This document shows positions 54,701-62,789 of a DNA stretch of 64,000 bases, in pieces. The translations under genes were made by a program, and so were the position numbers. The notes beneath the pieces are model-generated. The model had not been told where the DNA came from and made no database searches. It saw only the letters and a list, made by a program, of their open reading frames with translations. The number at the start of each line of letters is the position of its first letter. Position 1 is the first letter of the stretch. The DNA is taken from positions 218,824 through 282,823 of the forward strand of contig CAWCZP010000003.1 in assembly GCA_963800055.1 (NCBI GenBank), read 5' to 3'. The stretch comes from an uncultured Acidobacteriota bacterium. GTDB lineage: Bacteria > Acidobacteriota > Blastocatellia > Pyrinomonadales > Pyrinomonadaceae.

Positions 54701-54916
54701 GGCGATCGTGTAGTTTCCCTGCTGGTCCGATTGCGCGCTACGTTCTTGTCCGGTGCCGGCATTGCGGGCAGTGACTGTCGCGCCGGCGACAGCAGCGCCG
54801 TTCTGGTCAAGCACGCGGCCGGTAATATCAGCGGTCGTTACCTGCGCCATAACTGGAACTGCAGAGAGCAACACAGCAGATGCAAATGCGAAAAGAAATC
54901 GCTTTAAGTAACTCAT
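51758..54916 (-). CDS. TonB-dependent receptor with N-terminal carboxypeptidase-regulatory-like domain
   Basis: 1052 aa; signal peptide; ..TGRVLDQNGAAVAGATVTARN..TGQERSAQSDQQGNYTIAELLPGTYEITVEA..; plug region; C-terminal ..LRFTF aromatic terminus. Confidence 0.85.
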   Translation of the reverse strand: MSYLKRFLFAFASAVLLSAVPVMAQVTTADITGRVLDQNGAAVAGATVTARNAGTGQERSAQSDQQGNYTIAELLPGTYEITVEAANFSKAVVKGREVNVGATVTLNFDLKPGQITEVVNITSDQLQIETTRSDLGGVVTPVQVQNLPLLNRTFAALSVIMPEARPVGNFDPTKTRVGNVAFNGGDGRQVDVNVDGGDNKDNVVGSLLQNFSYESIQEFQVLQHRWTAEQGRAVGGVVNVITKSGSNDFHGSFFANFRDEKLRTFDFFEKQRQAANPAFEKPSFSRQEIGGLIGGPIARDDLFFFFALERFRERQNVSVSQAAAVQIPLIPGSEFVSEIPTPYNDTLLTGRVDHNLTDRQSMFYRFAYQKNNSPNDQVANPATTDLTGGNTDDNELYSLVANHTWTLSATKLNQFSFHFQDFSNAILAVTTNPQLQFPGGITIGANTNVPQATTERKFQFRDDFSWQAGKHGIKFGTNYINTELGGFFFFGSKGYTIAWFDSPTTIANNTNGRYPQGFATPGAVQNISFSDGEGTHDQKIHQLAFYVQDDYKVTRNLTLNLGFRWDSNIGNLPDQTNNRTIQVLQLLNHPLANAITDDPERLSRTTPSWTEFQPRFGFAWDPTGRGRTVIRGGYGIFYDQLFQNLTLFSLTQTNPVLYQTILSLTNTEVGLGQLPTFRFGVDPLPTPPPGFSIANLAVGGFGRINDPDASEPYVQKFSLGVEKQLTDQLTLSSDFVHTLGLHEPRVQVINPRIENICNPLYPGSTPASPLCVRGLNSRVFDRAFVDAGLPANRIEQINMIGTTNRSLFDSWTTTLKWRTRKHLFSGSYVLASSRSWGGQPVASYSGNGIATTPENQFKPEEFGSTRLDERHRVVMSGVFELPYGFQLAPIMQLASSRPFSANTGLDIDGDGLATNDRLCAGVDPGAVFAVRGDSTAIRALNPRGCTQSDVNELRTGFFVDPQGVIRRRGGRFFNVDLRAAKQFKFRESLGLQAYIDLYNVFNVENLSLASRLAQSTATAPGAFLQPVSLYGPGFGPPVGRPLTAQLGLRFTF

Positions 54917-55078
54917 GCTTTTTCCCTCCTAAAGCTGAAGTAAATATCTAAGGGTCGTTCCTGAACCGGACCGACTGAGTTAACGGACTAAGCGTTTTCT
55001 GGAGCTGGGGAGGAGGTGGGCGGGATTCTACCACATAGCTTAATTCTCATGGCAAGAATCATCTCTGCGTCATCCATA

Positions 55079-56047
55079 TTATTGGCGTTTAATCCACCAG
55101 GACGTATAACGGCCGCCGGAAAGATAGTCGACAATGTAGGACATCGGATCAGTGCTCTCGCGGATCTGCTTGCCCTGTAACTCGATGCGTCCGTCTTTGA
55201 CCACAAAGGGGTACTCACCATACTGTTTGTTGTTTAGCGTGAGTCGAACACTGTAGCGGCCGTCTTCGCGCAACAAATCGCCGGCCTTGAGATAAGCATT
55301 CTGGTCTTCTCCAGTGGGCCGAAAGTACAAATCAGCTTTCAACCACCGAGGTTCAAGACGCAGAGTGCCCGTGTCTGAAGCGAGCACGCGTCCATCACGT
55401 AAGCTGACGAGCTTTAGATCGTAAGGCACTGACGTTTTGTTCTGTTGGCCCACCTTGTCCTGGATCCATGTGGTGAATCGTAAAGACGACTGTGGATCGT
55501 TTCGCTGGTAGAAGATGTTGCCGTACTCGTTCCATGGCCCTTCGACGAAGTAGCGATTACCGGCAGGCTGATATGGATCTTCATTCTTGATTTGGACCAC
55601 CGAAATTGGAAACCGGTAGAATGGTTTGTCTTCAAGAGCAAACTCCAACACGTAATTTCCGGCAGCTAGAGGTTTCACTGCTTCATACCCGCCCACGACT
55701 TTGTAACGGCTCATTTCCCAGAGTCCACTAATGTTCTCGGCGTACCAGACGTAAGTGTTCAGTGCATTGCCGTCCGCGGACTTGACGATCGTCGAGAGCT
55801 TGCCGCCGCCATCCGGATCGTAGGGATAGTTTGACGTGCTTTGTCGCGCCGGAGTTGGAAGGCAGACAGCATACAACCGGCCAACCCCGAGCCGTCCGTC
55901 TGTGTGGCCGATGCGAACCTGGTCCAGCAGGTTCCAGAAACTAATACCGGGTGCGCAGGTTGTCTTCGCAGCCGGCGAGTGTGAATCAGGGGTTTGAAAT
56001 AGCATAAACGCCAAAACCGGAATCAGGGCGATTGAGCGAAGTCGCAT
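55079..56047 (-). CDS. hypothetical secreted protein
   Basis: 322 aa; signal peptide MRLRSIALIPVLAFMLF; no family recognised. Confidence 0.45.
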   Translation of the reverse strand: MRLRSIALIPVLAFMLFQTPDSHSPAAKTTCAPGISFWNLLDQVRIGHTDGRLGVGRLYAVCLPTPARQSTSNYPYDPDGGGKLSTIVKSADGNALNTYVWYAENISGLWEMSRYKVVGGYEAVKPLAAGNYVLEFALEDKPFYRFPISVVQIKNEDPYQPAGNRYFVEGPWNEYGNIFYQRNDPQSSLRFTTWIQDKVGQQNKTSVPYDLKLVSLRDGRVLASDTGTLRLEPRWLKADLYFRPTGEDQNAYLKAGDLLREDGRYSVRLTLNNKQYGEYPFVVKDGRIELQGKQIRESTDPMSYIVDYLSGGRYTSWWIKRQ

Positions 56048-56209
56048 CTTTTACCTCAGGGCTGGAATTTTTCGCGCGCATTATTCACTAACACCGAGTG
56101 GCGAGCAAGCTTTCTCGTGACACCTCTCTGCGTAACCTCTGCGCCCTCTGCTTATGCAGAGAGGCTTGTCAAAATAGGACCAACGCACGATACTTACAGA
56201 GTGAATCTC

Positions 56210-56550
56210 ATGACTACAGCGACACTCTATTCTTTGTTATTTGCCGGCGTGGGATTGTTGTTTGTTGGCTTGAGCATTCCGCTCATCCGGGAACGTGTGC
56301 CACCAAACTCAACTTATGGCTTTCGCACTGCGAAGAGTCTCTCCGACCCAAAGATTTGGTATGAGATCAATCGGATCTCAGGACTCGATCTGTTAATAGC
56401 GGGTGTGCTGATAACTCTCGGATCCGTGGCGATGCTGTTCCTCGGACAACATCTCCCACTCTCTCAAGTAGTTTGCCTCTCTTTCTGCTGATGGTCTTCA
56501 CACTCTCCGGCGCCACGTTGCACGGGTACATCGTGCTGAGGAAACTGTAG
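56210..56550 (+). CDS. SdpI/YhfL-family membrane protein; one frameshift near 56480
   Basis: ..LSIPLIRERVPPNSTYGFRTAKSLSDPKIWYEINR.. The last TM helix (..LPLFLLMVFTLSGATLHGYIVLRKL) is in another frame. Confidence 0.55.
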
Positions 56551-56779
56551 ACTCCTTATCAAATGGTTCGGGTCGTTTGTCCTACAAGTAAAGACAGAAT
56601 CAATTATCACTGAGAGGAAGTAGGTTTCAATACAATGCGGAGACTGCACAGTCAGACAGCGAAAAGTATCAACTCGGAGGGCGATTCGAATGGTGACTTG
56701 TGCGACAGGAAACAGTTCGGATAGGTGTCACTTCAGGCCTTATCTAGATCAACCGGTTAGGAGGCAGTACACTCTCTAG

Positions 56780-57178
56780 ATGCCTAATCTGGAATTGGCG
56801 GCCTGCACGCCGCACCCTATCCATGCTGACGGTTTCAATCCAAGCGCTGTCCTGCCCTGCGGACTAACAACAGATCAAGGACACAACCCCGAAGACACTT
56901 GGTTGATGGTATTTGTTTTCGATAGCAATAGACCAGTTGATGCTGCTAAACAGGTTTCGCCTAAACCTTTTCATTTTGTTATGGTACTGGGGGCACAACT
57001 AACCAAGGCAGACTGGTTGTATGCCGGGAGATCGTCGACAAGTCGGCGAACGATCACGGCAAGCGTCACTACTTCAGGTTACGATAAGATGAGGGCGAAT
57101 TGGATTTATAAAGCGCCAGACATGACTATAGCGGAAACGGAAGCTGTTCTTGAAGACCCTCTTTCGGAAGACGAATAG
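56780..57178 (+). CDS. hypothetical protein
   Basis: 132-aa ORF in a lower-GC patch; its 3' end overlaps the methyltransferase 3' end by 53 nt. Coding status uncertain. Confidence 0.25.
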   Translation: MPNLELAACTPHPIHADGFNPSAVLPCGLTTDQGHNPEDTWLMVFVFDSNRPVDAAKQVSPKPFHFVMVLGAQLTKADWLYAGRSSTSRRTITASVTTSGYDKMRANWIYKAPDMTIAETEAVLEDPLSEDE

Positions 57179-58091
57179 CGGAAAGTTTGGGGATCGCTTT
57201 GCAACTTACTTCGTAATAGTCAGAATACCTTTCAACGCCTACGGACGAAACGCCGACCGCTTCGGCAGCCGCGATCGTTGATCCCGCACCCATGAAAGGA
57301 TCGGCCACAATACCCACACCTAGCGGCAAGGCAGCGTGAACAATTTTGCGCATGAATGACTGCGGCTTCAACGTCGGATGGTTTGCTATTGCTTTTTCCC
57401 GTTGCGGCGTACGCTCACTAATGACCACGTCACTGAATGGCTTGTCATCAGGAGTGCGCCGCAAACCACCGGTCTGGTATTCTCGCAAACAATCGCTAAC
57501 CTTCATTCCCAGGGGCAAAGGTTTGCGCAACAAGCCCCAAGGTTCATAACAGGCTCGTGGCATACTGGACACGTCAGGGAATTCGGTTTCCGCATTCTTA
57601 GGACGATCCCCGCCGCGAAGTGTACGAACAAGGCGAATGAGTTCGCCGCGAAATTCCAAACCACCCCCGATCAATGCTTGAAACACTAACTGCGACAAGA
57701 ACGCATTAGTAGCAATGAAGACATGGGCGCCGGGGCGTAATGCGTGTGAAGCCACCTTAGCCCATTCAGTGAAAAAGATGCTGATTTGATCGCGTTCCTT
57801 GGTGTTTAGCGCCGTGAAGCGCGGTAAGGGGGCGCGGGTGTGGCCATCAAACGATGGCGGAATGCGCCAGATTCCGCCATTGCCATTGTTGCGCTTTTCG
57901 ATCTGGTCAAAGTGGTATTCCTTAACACCATAGGGCGGATCAGTGACAATCGCGTGAAGGCTGTTTTCAGGAATGCGACTTAACCACTCCAGACAATCGC
58001 CATGCAGGATCAAAGAACGTCCAATCACTTGATGCGTGTAATCAAGGGCTAGGTTGGTGGCTGTTTTTGCTAGGATCGCTTTACTCACCAT
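57126..58091 (-). CDS. site-specific DNA methyltransferase, beta class (N6-adenine or N4-cytosine)
   Basis: ..LILHGDCLEWL..SLHAIVTDPPYGV.. (motif IV near the N-terminus) and ..ADPFMGAGSTIAAAE.. (motif I near the C-terminus). Confidence 0.8.
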   Translation of the reverse strand: MVSKAILAKTATNLALDYTHQVIGRSLILHGDCLEWLSRIPENSLHAIVTDPPYGVKEYHFDQIEKRNNGNGGIWRIPPSFDGHTRAPLPRFTALNTKERDQISIFFTEWAKVASHALRPGAHVFIATNAFLSQLVFQALIGGGLEFRGELIRLVRTLRGGDRPKNAETEFPDVSSMPRACYEPWGLLRKPLPLGMKVSDCLREYQTGGLRRTPDDKPFSDVVISERTPQREKAIANHPTLKPQSFMRKIVHAALPLGVGIVADPFMGAGSTIAAAEAVGVSSVGVERYSDYYEVSCKAIPKLSAIRLPKEGLQEQLPFPL

Positions 58092-58548
58092 TTGCTTTCA
58101 CTTTATAACAAAGAAATCTACATAGACGCCATTTTAAACAAGACTTTCGCCGAAGATATGTCGCTCGTCAATGAGGAATTTATCAATTTGAAATCAAAGT
58201 TTTATCAACATCGCGATCTGTTCATTTTCTTCTTCCTTGCGAAGAGAGAGATTCGGCCTCACCCTCCGTCAACGACACATTTGCTCGCCGCAAGTGCTTT
58301 AGTTAATTCTTGCGGACCACCGTTCACAATTCTTAGTTGTTCAAGGGTACCAGGTTTACGTGTTGCGCAAGAATCTGCGCTATGCCCAGCTTTAGACTTT
58401 GAAAACGTCTCCAATCTTTCGGAACCTTCCGTTCGCGGCTGATTGAGATCGAATCGCATTGGTGTCTTTTTAATAGAATGGGTGATTGCGAGTGTGGTAT
58501 AGTGCGCGCAATCCACCAAACAAAGAAGCGGGCCGACTTGTGCGCAAA

Positions 58549-60472
58549 GTCGCGGTAGAGATGTCGATTGCTCGACACCCCCCGCACAGACCCGTGCGAG
58601 CGCTGCTCACGCACACGGTTCCTACCTTGGATATTTGGCGTCGAAGCGCGCAGTGGGATAGGGGTGGAGAACACAAATCTCAGGAAGCAAATGACCCAGA
58701 CGCTCCATGAAGCGTTCCCAGTTCCAGCGACTACGCTGACTGCGCCGTCGAAGCTGGTCCAGCCACATACGTAGCACCTCCTGCCGAAACGCTTCCAGCC
58801 GCGCCTGATTATCCGGAATCGCATGGTATTGGAAATACCCTCGCACCACGGACTGTAGCCATTTCACCGTCTTCACGTGCGACTCATGCCGACGCACTTT
58901 CAGTTGCGCTCTAATTTCCTTTAGCTTGGCTGTCATGCGCTGGCGCTTAGTCTGACGCCGGATGGTGAAGCGGCCCGCGTTACGTGTTGTCCCACAGATG
59001 TGGGTGAAACCTAAAAAGTCAAAGGTCTCTGGCTTTCCTAGCCCAAGTCTTTTCCGTCGTTCAGTAGCATAGCGTCCGAATTCAATCAGACGTGTCTTCT
59101 CCGGGTGCAGCTCCAGACCGAATTTGGCCAGCCGTTCCCGTAACTGCTCCAGAAACTGCTCAGCTTCTTCCCGATGCTGGAACCCTAGCACGGCGTCGTC
59201 GGCATAGCGACAGACGATTACATCGCCCTTCGCCTTCCGCCTGCGCCACTGGTGCACCCAGAGATCGAGAACGTGATGTAGATAGAGGTTAGCGAGGACT
59301 GGTGAGATCACCGATCCTTGCGGAGTCCCTTCCACCGTCTCGAACCACCGGCCTTTGTTCCATCACGCCTGCTTTCAACCATTTCTGGATGAGGCGGATG
59401 ATTCGTTTGTCTCCTACCCGATGCTCGACGAACTTATTCATCCATTCATGTCGAACTTTATCGAAAAATGAGCGGATGTCGAGATCTAAAATCCAGTTCA
59501 CTTTCTTGCGTGTGATTCCCACCCATAAAGCGTCCAGCGCATCGTGTTGACTGCGCCTTGGCCGGAACCCGTATGAGAAACCCAGAAAGTCCTCTTCCCA
59601 TATCTGATTGAGAACTCTACCCACCGCGTGCTGAACGACTTTGTCTTCCAGCGCCGCGATCCCCAATGGTCGTTGTCGGCCATCAGGTTTGGGTATCCAG
59701 GTTCTTAGTGACGGTAGCGCTCGATAAGCTCCACGATGAAGGCGACCATGAAGGTTTGCTATTCGCTCTTCCAACCCGCTTCCATATTTTTGCCACGTAA
59801 CGCCGTCTACTCCGGGAGCAGCTCCACGCTTGAGTGCGAAGAAACTGTCACGAAGCAGATCCACTGTCACGTGATGCAGCAGAGCCGTGAACCGTAACTT
59901 CTTATCCTTCCTTGCTGCTTCGCGCACATGGGTCAACTTGCTTGACCAGCTTCCCCGTTTCTGCGTCCGGTACTGGTTGAGTTGATCCATGTTCTCCTTG
60001 GTCAGCGGCCTTCCCTCCACTGCCTCCGCTGGCGGTTCCCCGCTTTTGTTCGGCTGCTTCGCAGGTACTATGCCGCTGTACGACTCCCCGTCACCGTGCA
60101 TGTGGGTCTTATCGCTTATCGCTTTCTCCCACCGGACCACTACCGTTCGTATCAGTGGTCGACAACGGGGTCTCTCGGTTCTCGCGCGTGGAGTTTCTAT
60201 GCATGCATGGGGTCTCTGACTCCGCAGGGCTGCGACGCACTCGCGCTAGCGCACGCCGCCTTGTTGCCTTCCAGCCTTTGTGACGCCGTCGGCTTCTCCC
60301 CTGATGATTGGGCCATTTCGGAGCTCTATACCCAGCCTACATATACCTCTGTCGAACGCTCGATTGCGGTCTTGCGGCCGCCCCCGCATGACTCGAGGCC
60401 AGGATGGTTCGCTACTCCTTATCCTGTATGACTCTTTCATTCACGACTCCACGCCGGTTTATCCCGACGCAC
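58549..60472 (-). mobile_element. bacterial group II intron (about 1.92 kb) with RT/maturase ORF and no endonuclease domain
   Basis: The 5' end on the minus strand is GTGCG (60472-60468). A domain V-like GAACCGTGTGCG..GCACGGGTC follows directly after the ORF stop, then a 3-nt linker. Next is a 34-nt GCAA-tetraloop hairpin with a bulged A 7 nt before a terminal ..GAC (domain VI-like), ending near 58549. Confidence 0.8.
58622..60140 (-). CDS. group II intron reverse transcriptase/maturase; one frameshift in the run at 59354-59356
   Basis: ..IPKPDGRQRPLGIAALEDKVVQ.., ..YGFRPRRSQHDAL.., ..LDLDIRSFFD.., ..EGTPQGSVISPVLANLYL.., ..VCRYADDAVLGF.. (YADD), and the X/maturase region. It ends without an HNH domain. 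Confidence 0.9.
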
Positions 60473-60769
60473 CACAAAGCCGGCCCTAGACCATCAACCT
60501 TCAGTAGAAAGGATGAAGATCATGGCCAGTCATAGTAGCGCAACCGCGCGCGAACCTCACGTAAACACGTCAACTCAAAACAACACACCTATCAACAATG
60601 CGCTCAAGCGACGCGCTTGGCTGCTGTCGGCGCGATAGGTCAAAGCGTTGGAGTGAACACGCGACAAAGATCGTGCCTTGAGAGAACGACTGAAACCGCA
60701 TTGCCTCATACAGGGCGACGTATGAGGCGGGGGCATCACTGCGCAAACGGCAAGAGGGGTGGTGCCCCG

Positions 60770-61108
60770 TTAAAAAGTTGAGGTAGATAAATGGTCGCCA
60801 ATCTCAGCAATAATAAAGGGCTTCACACCTTCGCGTCCGGTGAGACTTAGCCAGACTGCGCCGCCTTCGCGTTCTACCTCTAAACCAAAGTCAAAGAATG
60901 GACAGCATAGACGCTCAAGCGAAATGAATTCCGCAACCTGTAGTAATACGTCGGACTGATTTGGAAGTTGAAATGAGTAACCATTCGCTACTTCGCGGAC
61001 GCTTTCAACCGAGCGAAACAGTTTTTCGATTGTCGCTAAGTGTGCCTCTCGCTGATCAGGCCGGATGGCGTTCATATCACAAGCAAAAGGTGATTCTTTT
61101 TCTGTCAT
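60770..61108 (-). CDS. hypothetical protein with a vicinal Cys pair (..ERLCCPFF..)
   Basis: 112 aa; the start overlaps the ynfA stop (ATGA); Cys at ..FACDMN.. and ..LCCPFF... Confidence 0.5.
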   Translation of the reverse strand: MTEKESPFACDMNAIRPDQREAHLATIEKLFRSVESVREVANGYSFQLPNQSDVLLQVAEFISLERLCCPFFDFGLEVEREGGAVWLSLTGREGVKPFIIAEIGDHLSTSTF

Positions 61109-61431
61109 GAGTTTCTAGGCCAATACATGATGATAAATACTCCCGCAAGTGCGACCGCGCCGCCAATTAGATCAAACCTATCGGGAGAGATCTTATCCAC
61201 TCGCCAGCCCCACAGGACAGAAAGAACTATAAACACGCCGCCATATGCGGCGTACACACGCCCAAAGCTGGCTGGTTGCAGCGTAGGTATGATTCCATAA
61301 AGAATCAGTATCGCGCCACCAATGAAAGCGAACCAAATCGGTTTGCCCTCACGCAGCCACAACCACATAAGATAGCCACCGCCGATCTCACAGAGACCAG
61401 CAACAACAAAATAGATTATGGATTTGACCAT
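61105..61431 (-). CDS. ynfA: YnfA family (UPF0060) small membrane protein
   Basis: 108 aa; ..[23 protein letters not shown]....[32 protein letters not shown]...PD..D.IGA...L.G... Confidence 0.8.
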   Translation of the reverse strand: MVKSIIYFVVAGLCEIGGGYLMWLWLREGKPIWFAFIGGAILILYGIIPTLQPASFGRVYAAYGGVFIVLSVLWGWRVDKISPDRFDLIGGAVALAGVFIIMYWPRNS

Positions 61432-61494
61432 GAACTAATTGTAGGGCTATTCGCGCGCTCACAACATCTAAGGAACGGAATGACCTGCGCGCAG

Positions 61495-61597
61495 TTCTCT
61501 GCGGCCCTCTGCGTATCTCCGCGTTCTCCGCGTTTAATGGCCCTTTCAACGCAGAGGTCGCAGAGATACGCAGAGATACGCAGAGGGCCGCAGAGAA
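61495..61597. repeat. CTCTGCG-word hairpin in the ynfA / merR divergent intergenic region
   Basis: TTCTCTGCGGCCCTCTGCGTATCTCCGCGTTCTCCGCG ... ACGCAGAGGTCGCAGAGATACGCAGAGATACGCAGAGGGCCGCAGAGAA. Confidence 0.8.
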
Positions 61598-61747
61598 TAA
61601 CCGCGTGCCCAAATCGACTCTTTGCGCAAAGCCCTACCGAACAACTGGCTGTGGAAGTTCTTCTCAGCGATCTCCTGGAGAACCGATTTGGCTTGACTCT
61701 CGTCCCGGCTCTAGGGTTTATCCTTTTTCTACCCTTGGAACATTGCC

Positions 61748-62191
61748 ATGAACGAAGGTTTACAGATCGGCGAGGTTGCGAAGCGGGCGGGTGTAAGCAT
61801 CGACACCTTGCGTTACTACGAGAAGGTGAAGCTGCTGCCACGTGCGGGCCGTTCGACGGGTGGTTTTCGACTCTTTGCTGCCGAACACGTCGAGCGCGTC
61901 CGGTTCATTAAGCAGGCTCAGGAGTTGGGATTCTCGCTTGACGAGATTAGAGACTTGCTGGCGACGGGTGGCACAGAAGAATGTCGCAAGGTTCGCGATC
62001 TACTTAAACGCAAAATCGCTGAAATGGATGAAAGGCTGAAGTCGATGAAAGAATTTCGTCGAGTGTTAGCGAGTCATCTTTCAGCTTGCGAGAGCGAACT
62101 AAAGAAGCATCGCGATTCAACCTGCTGTCCTGTTTTGCCTTTGAACGACAAGGTGCAGGCTTCGAAGCGTAGAAGGAGCGAAGATGACTAG
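61748..62191 (+). CDS. MerR family heavy-metal-responsive transcriptional regulator
   Basis: ..LQIGEVAKRAGVSIDTLRYYEK..LLP...RS.GGFRLF....V.RV.FIK.AQ.LGFSL.EI..LL... By my count Cys is at positions 79, 114 and 126/127. Confidence 0.85.
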   Translation: MNEGLQIGEVAKRAGVSIDTLRYYEKVKLLPRAGRSTGGFRLFAAEHVERVRFIKQAQELGFSLDEIRDLLATGGTEECRKVRDLLKRKIAEMDERLKSMKEFRRVLASHLSACESELKKHRDSTCCPVLPLNDKVQASKRRRSEDD

Positions 62192-62787
62192 TCGAGGGCT
62201 TGTGGTTATTACGGTTGTAGGAGTGCTGCTGGGTTTCTTAGTCGAATCTGGTGCTCAGCCTTCCTACGATTCAAGCCCTTTGGCAAAAGAAGGATATAGC
62301 GCTGATCTAAACGAGCTTAAGAAGAGATTCAATGCCGACAAGAAGAAAGTTCGATTGCTGATGCTCTTGTCTCCGACTTGAGGCGGTTGTCTTCGGGGGG
62401 CTTCCGAAGTTCAGCGAGACGTAATGGACCAGATCAAAAACGACAAGCTGCGTTCTTATTCTGTTTGGGTGCCGATTTTAATGAGCGACGCAGAACGAGC
62501 CGTGCCGAACGCAGCAACGCGACTACCCGACAAGCGCGTCATCGCATTTCTGGGACGGCAAAGGAGAATTGGTTGAGGCATATAAAACGATCCTGCCAAC
62601 AAAGAATGCCGAGACCGGCCAATACGTAAAAGCCTGGGACGTTTACCTCGTATTCGCGCCTGGCGTCGAATGGAAAGATCAACCACCTAAGCCAACTGTT
62701 TGGATGCATCAACTTTACTCCGTCGATCCGAAGAACAGGTTTGACAGCAAGGGCCTGGCGACCGAAGTGCAAAGGCTACTCAAATAA
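62184..62787 (+). CDS. membrane-anchored thioredoxin-fold protein, candidate selenoprotein (TGA at 62379-62381 read as Sec); one frameshift at 62547-62549
   Basis: AGGAG RBS; TM anchor LVVITVVGVLLGFLV; ..KKKVRLLMLLSPT-TGA-GGCLRGASEVQRDVM.. The same frame stays open after the TGA. The C-terminal part is paralogous to 63446-64000. Confidence 0.65.
62386..62415 (+). promoter_or_regulatory. SECIS-like hairpin downstream of TGA 62379-62381
   Basis: Stem CUUCGG (62391-62396) / CCGAAG (62404-62409) with loop GGGGCUU beginning 16 nt after the UGA. Possible lower stem GUUG (62386-62389) / CAGC (62412-62415) across a small internal loop. Confidence 0.55.
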
Positions 62788-62789
62788 CT

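Noticed and set aside
58441-58548. Direct-repeat-like TTTGCGCAC / ATTGCGCGCAC motifs just outside the intron 3' end, considered as target-site duplications.
   Set aside because: Group II introns do not generate target-site duplications, the two copies are imperfect, and both lie on the same side of the intron.
61693-61723. A MerR-type promoter (TTGACT with a 19-nt spacer) upstream of merR.
   Set aside because: The -10 candidate (TTATCC or TTTATC) is poor and the spacer dyad is weak (CTnGnnCCGGnnCnAG). It is not strong enough to call as a feature and is mentioned only within the MerR finding.
62379-62381. TGA codons at 62379 and 63647 read as ordinary stops, as pseudogene lesions, or as products of the same error process that causes the frameshifts.
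   Set aside because: The errors seen elsewhere are insertions, not substitutions. Both TGAs are in frame with open, mutually homologous downstream sequence. They fall on the same aligned residue (first Cys of CxxC) in two paralogues. Both are followed by a hairpin at identical spacing. This still needs the Sec machinery to be found elsewhere in the genome.
62378-62629. ORF-track entries 62378-62629 (+), 62456-62686 (-), 62539-62772 (-) and 63624-63923 (-) within the selenoprotein genes.
   Set aside because: They are out of frame or antisense to the paralogous coding frames and have Arg/Ser-rich translations with no paralogue support.
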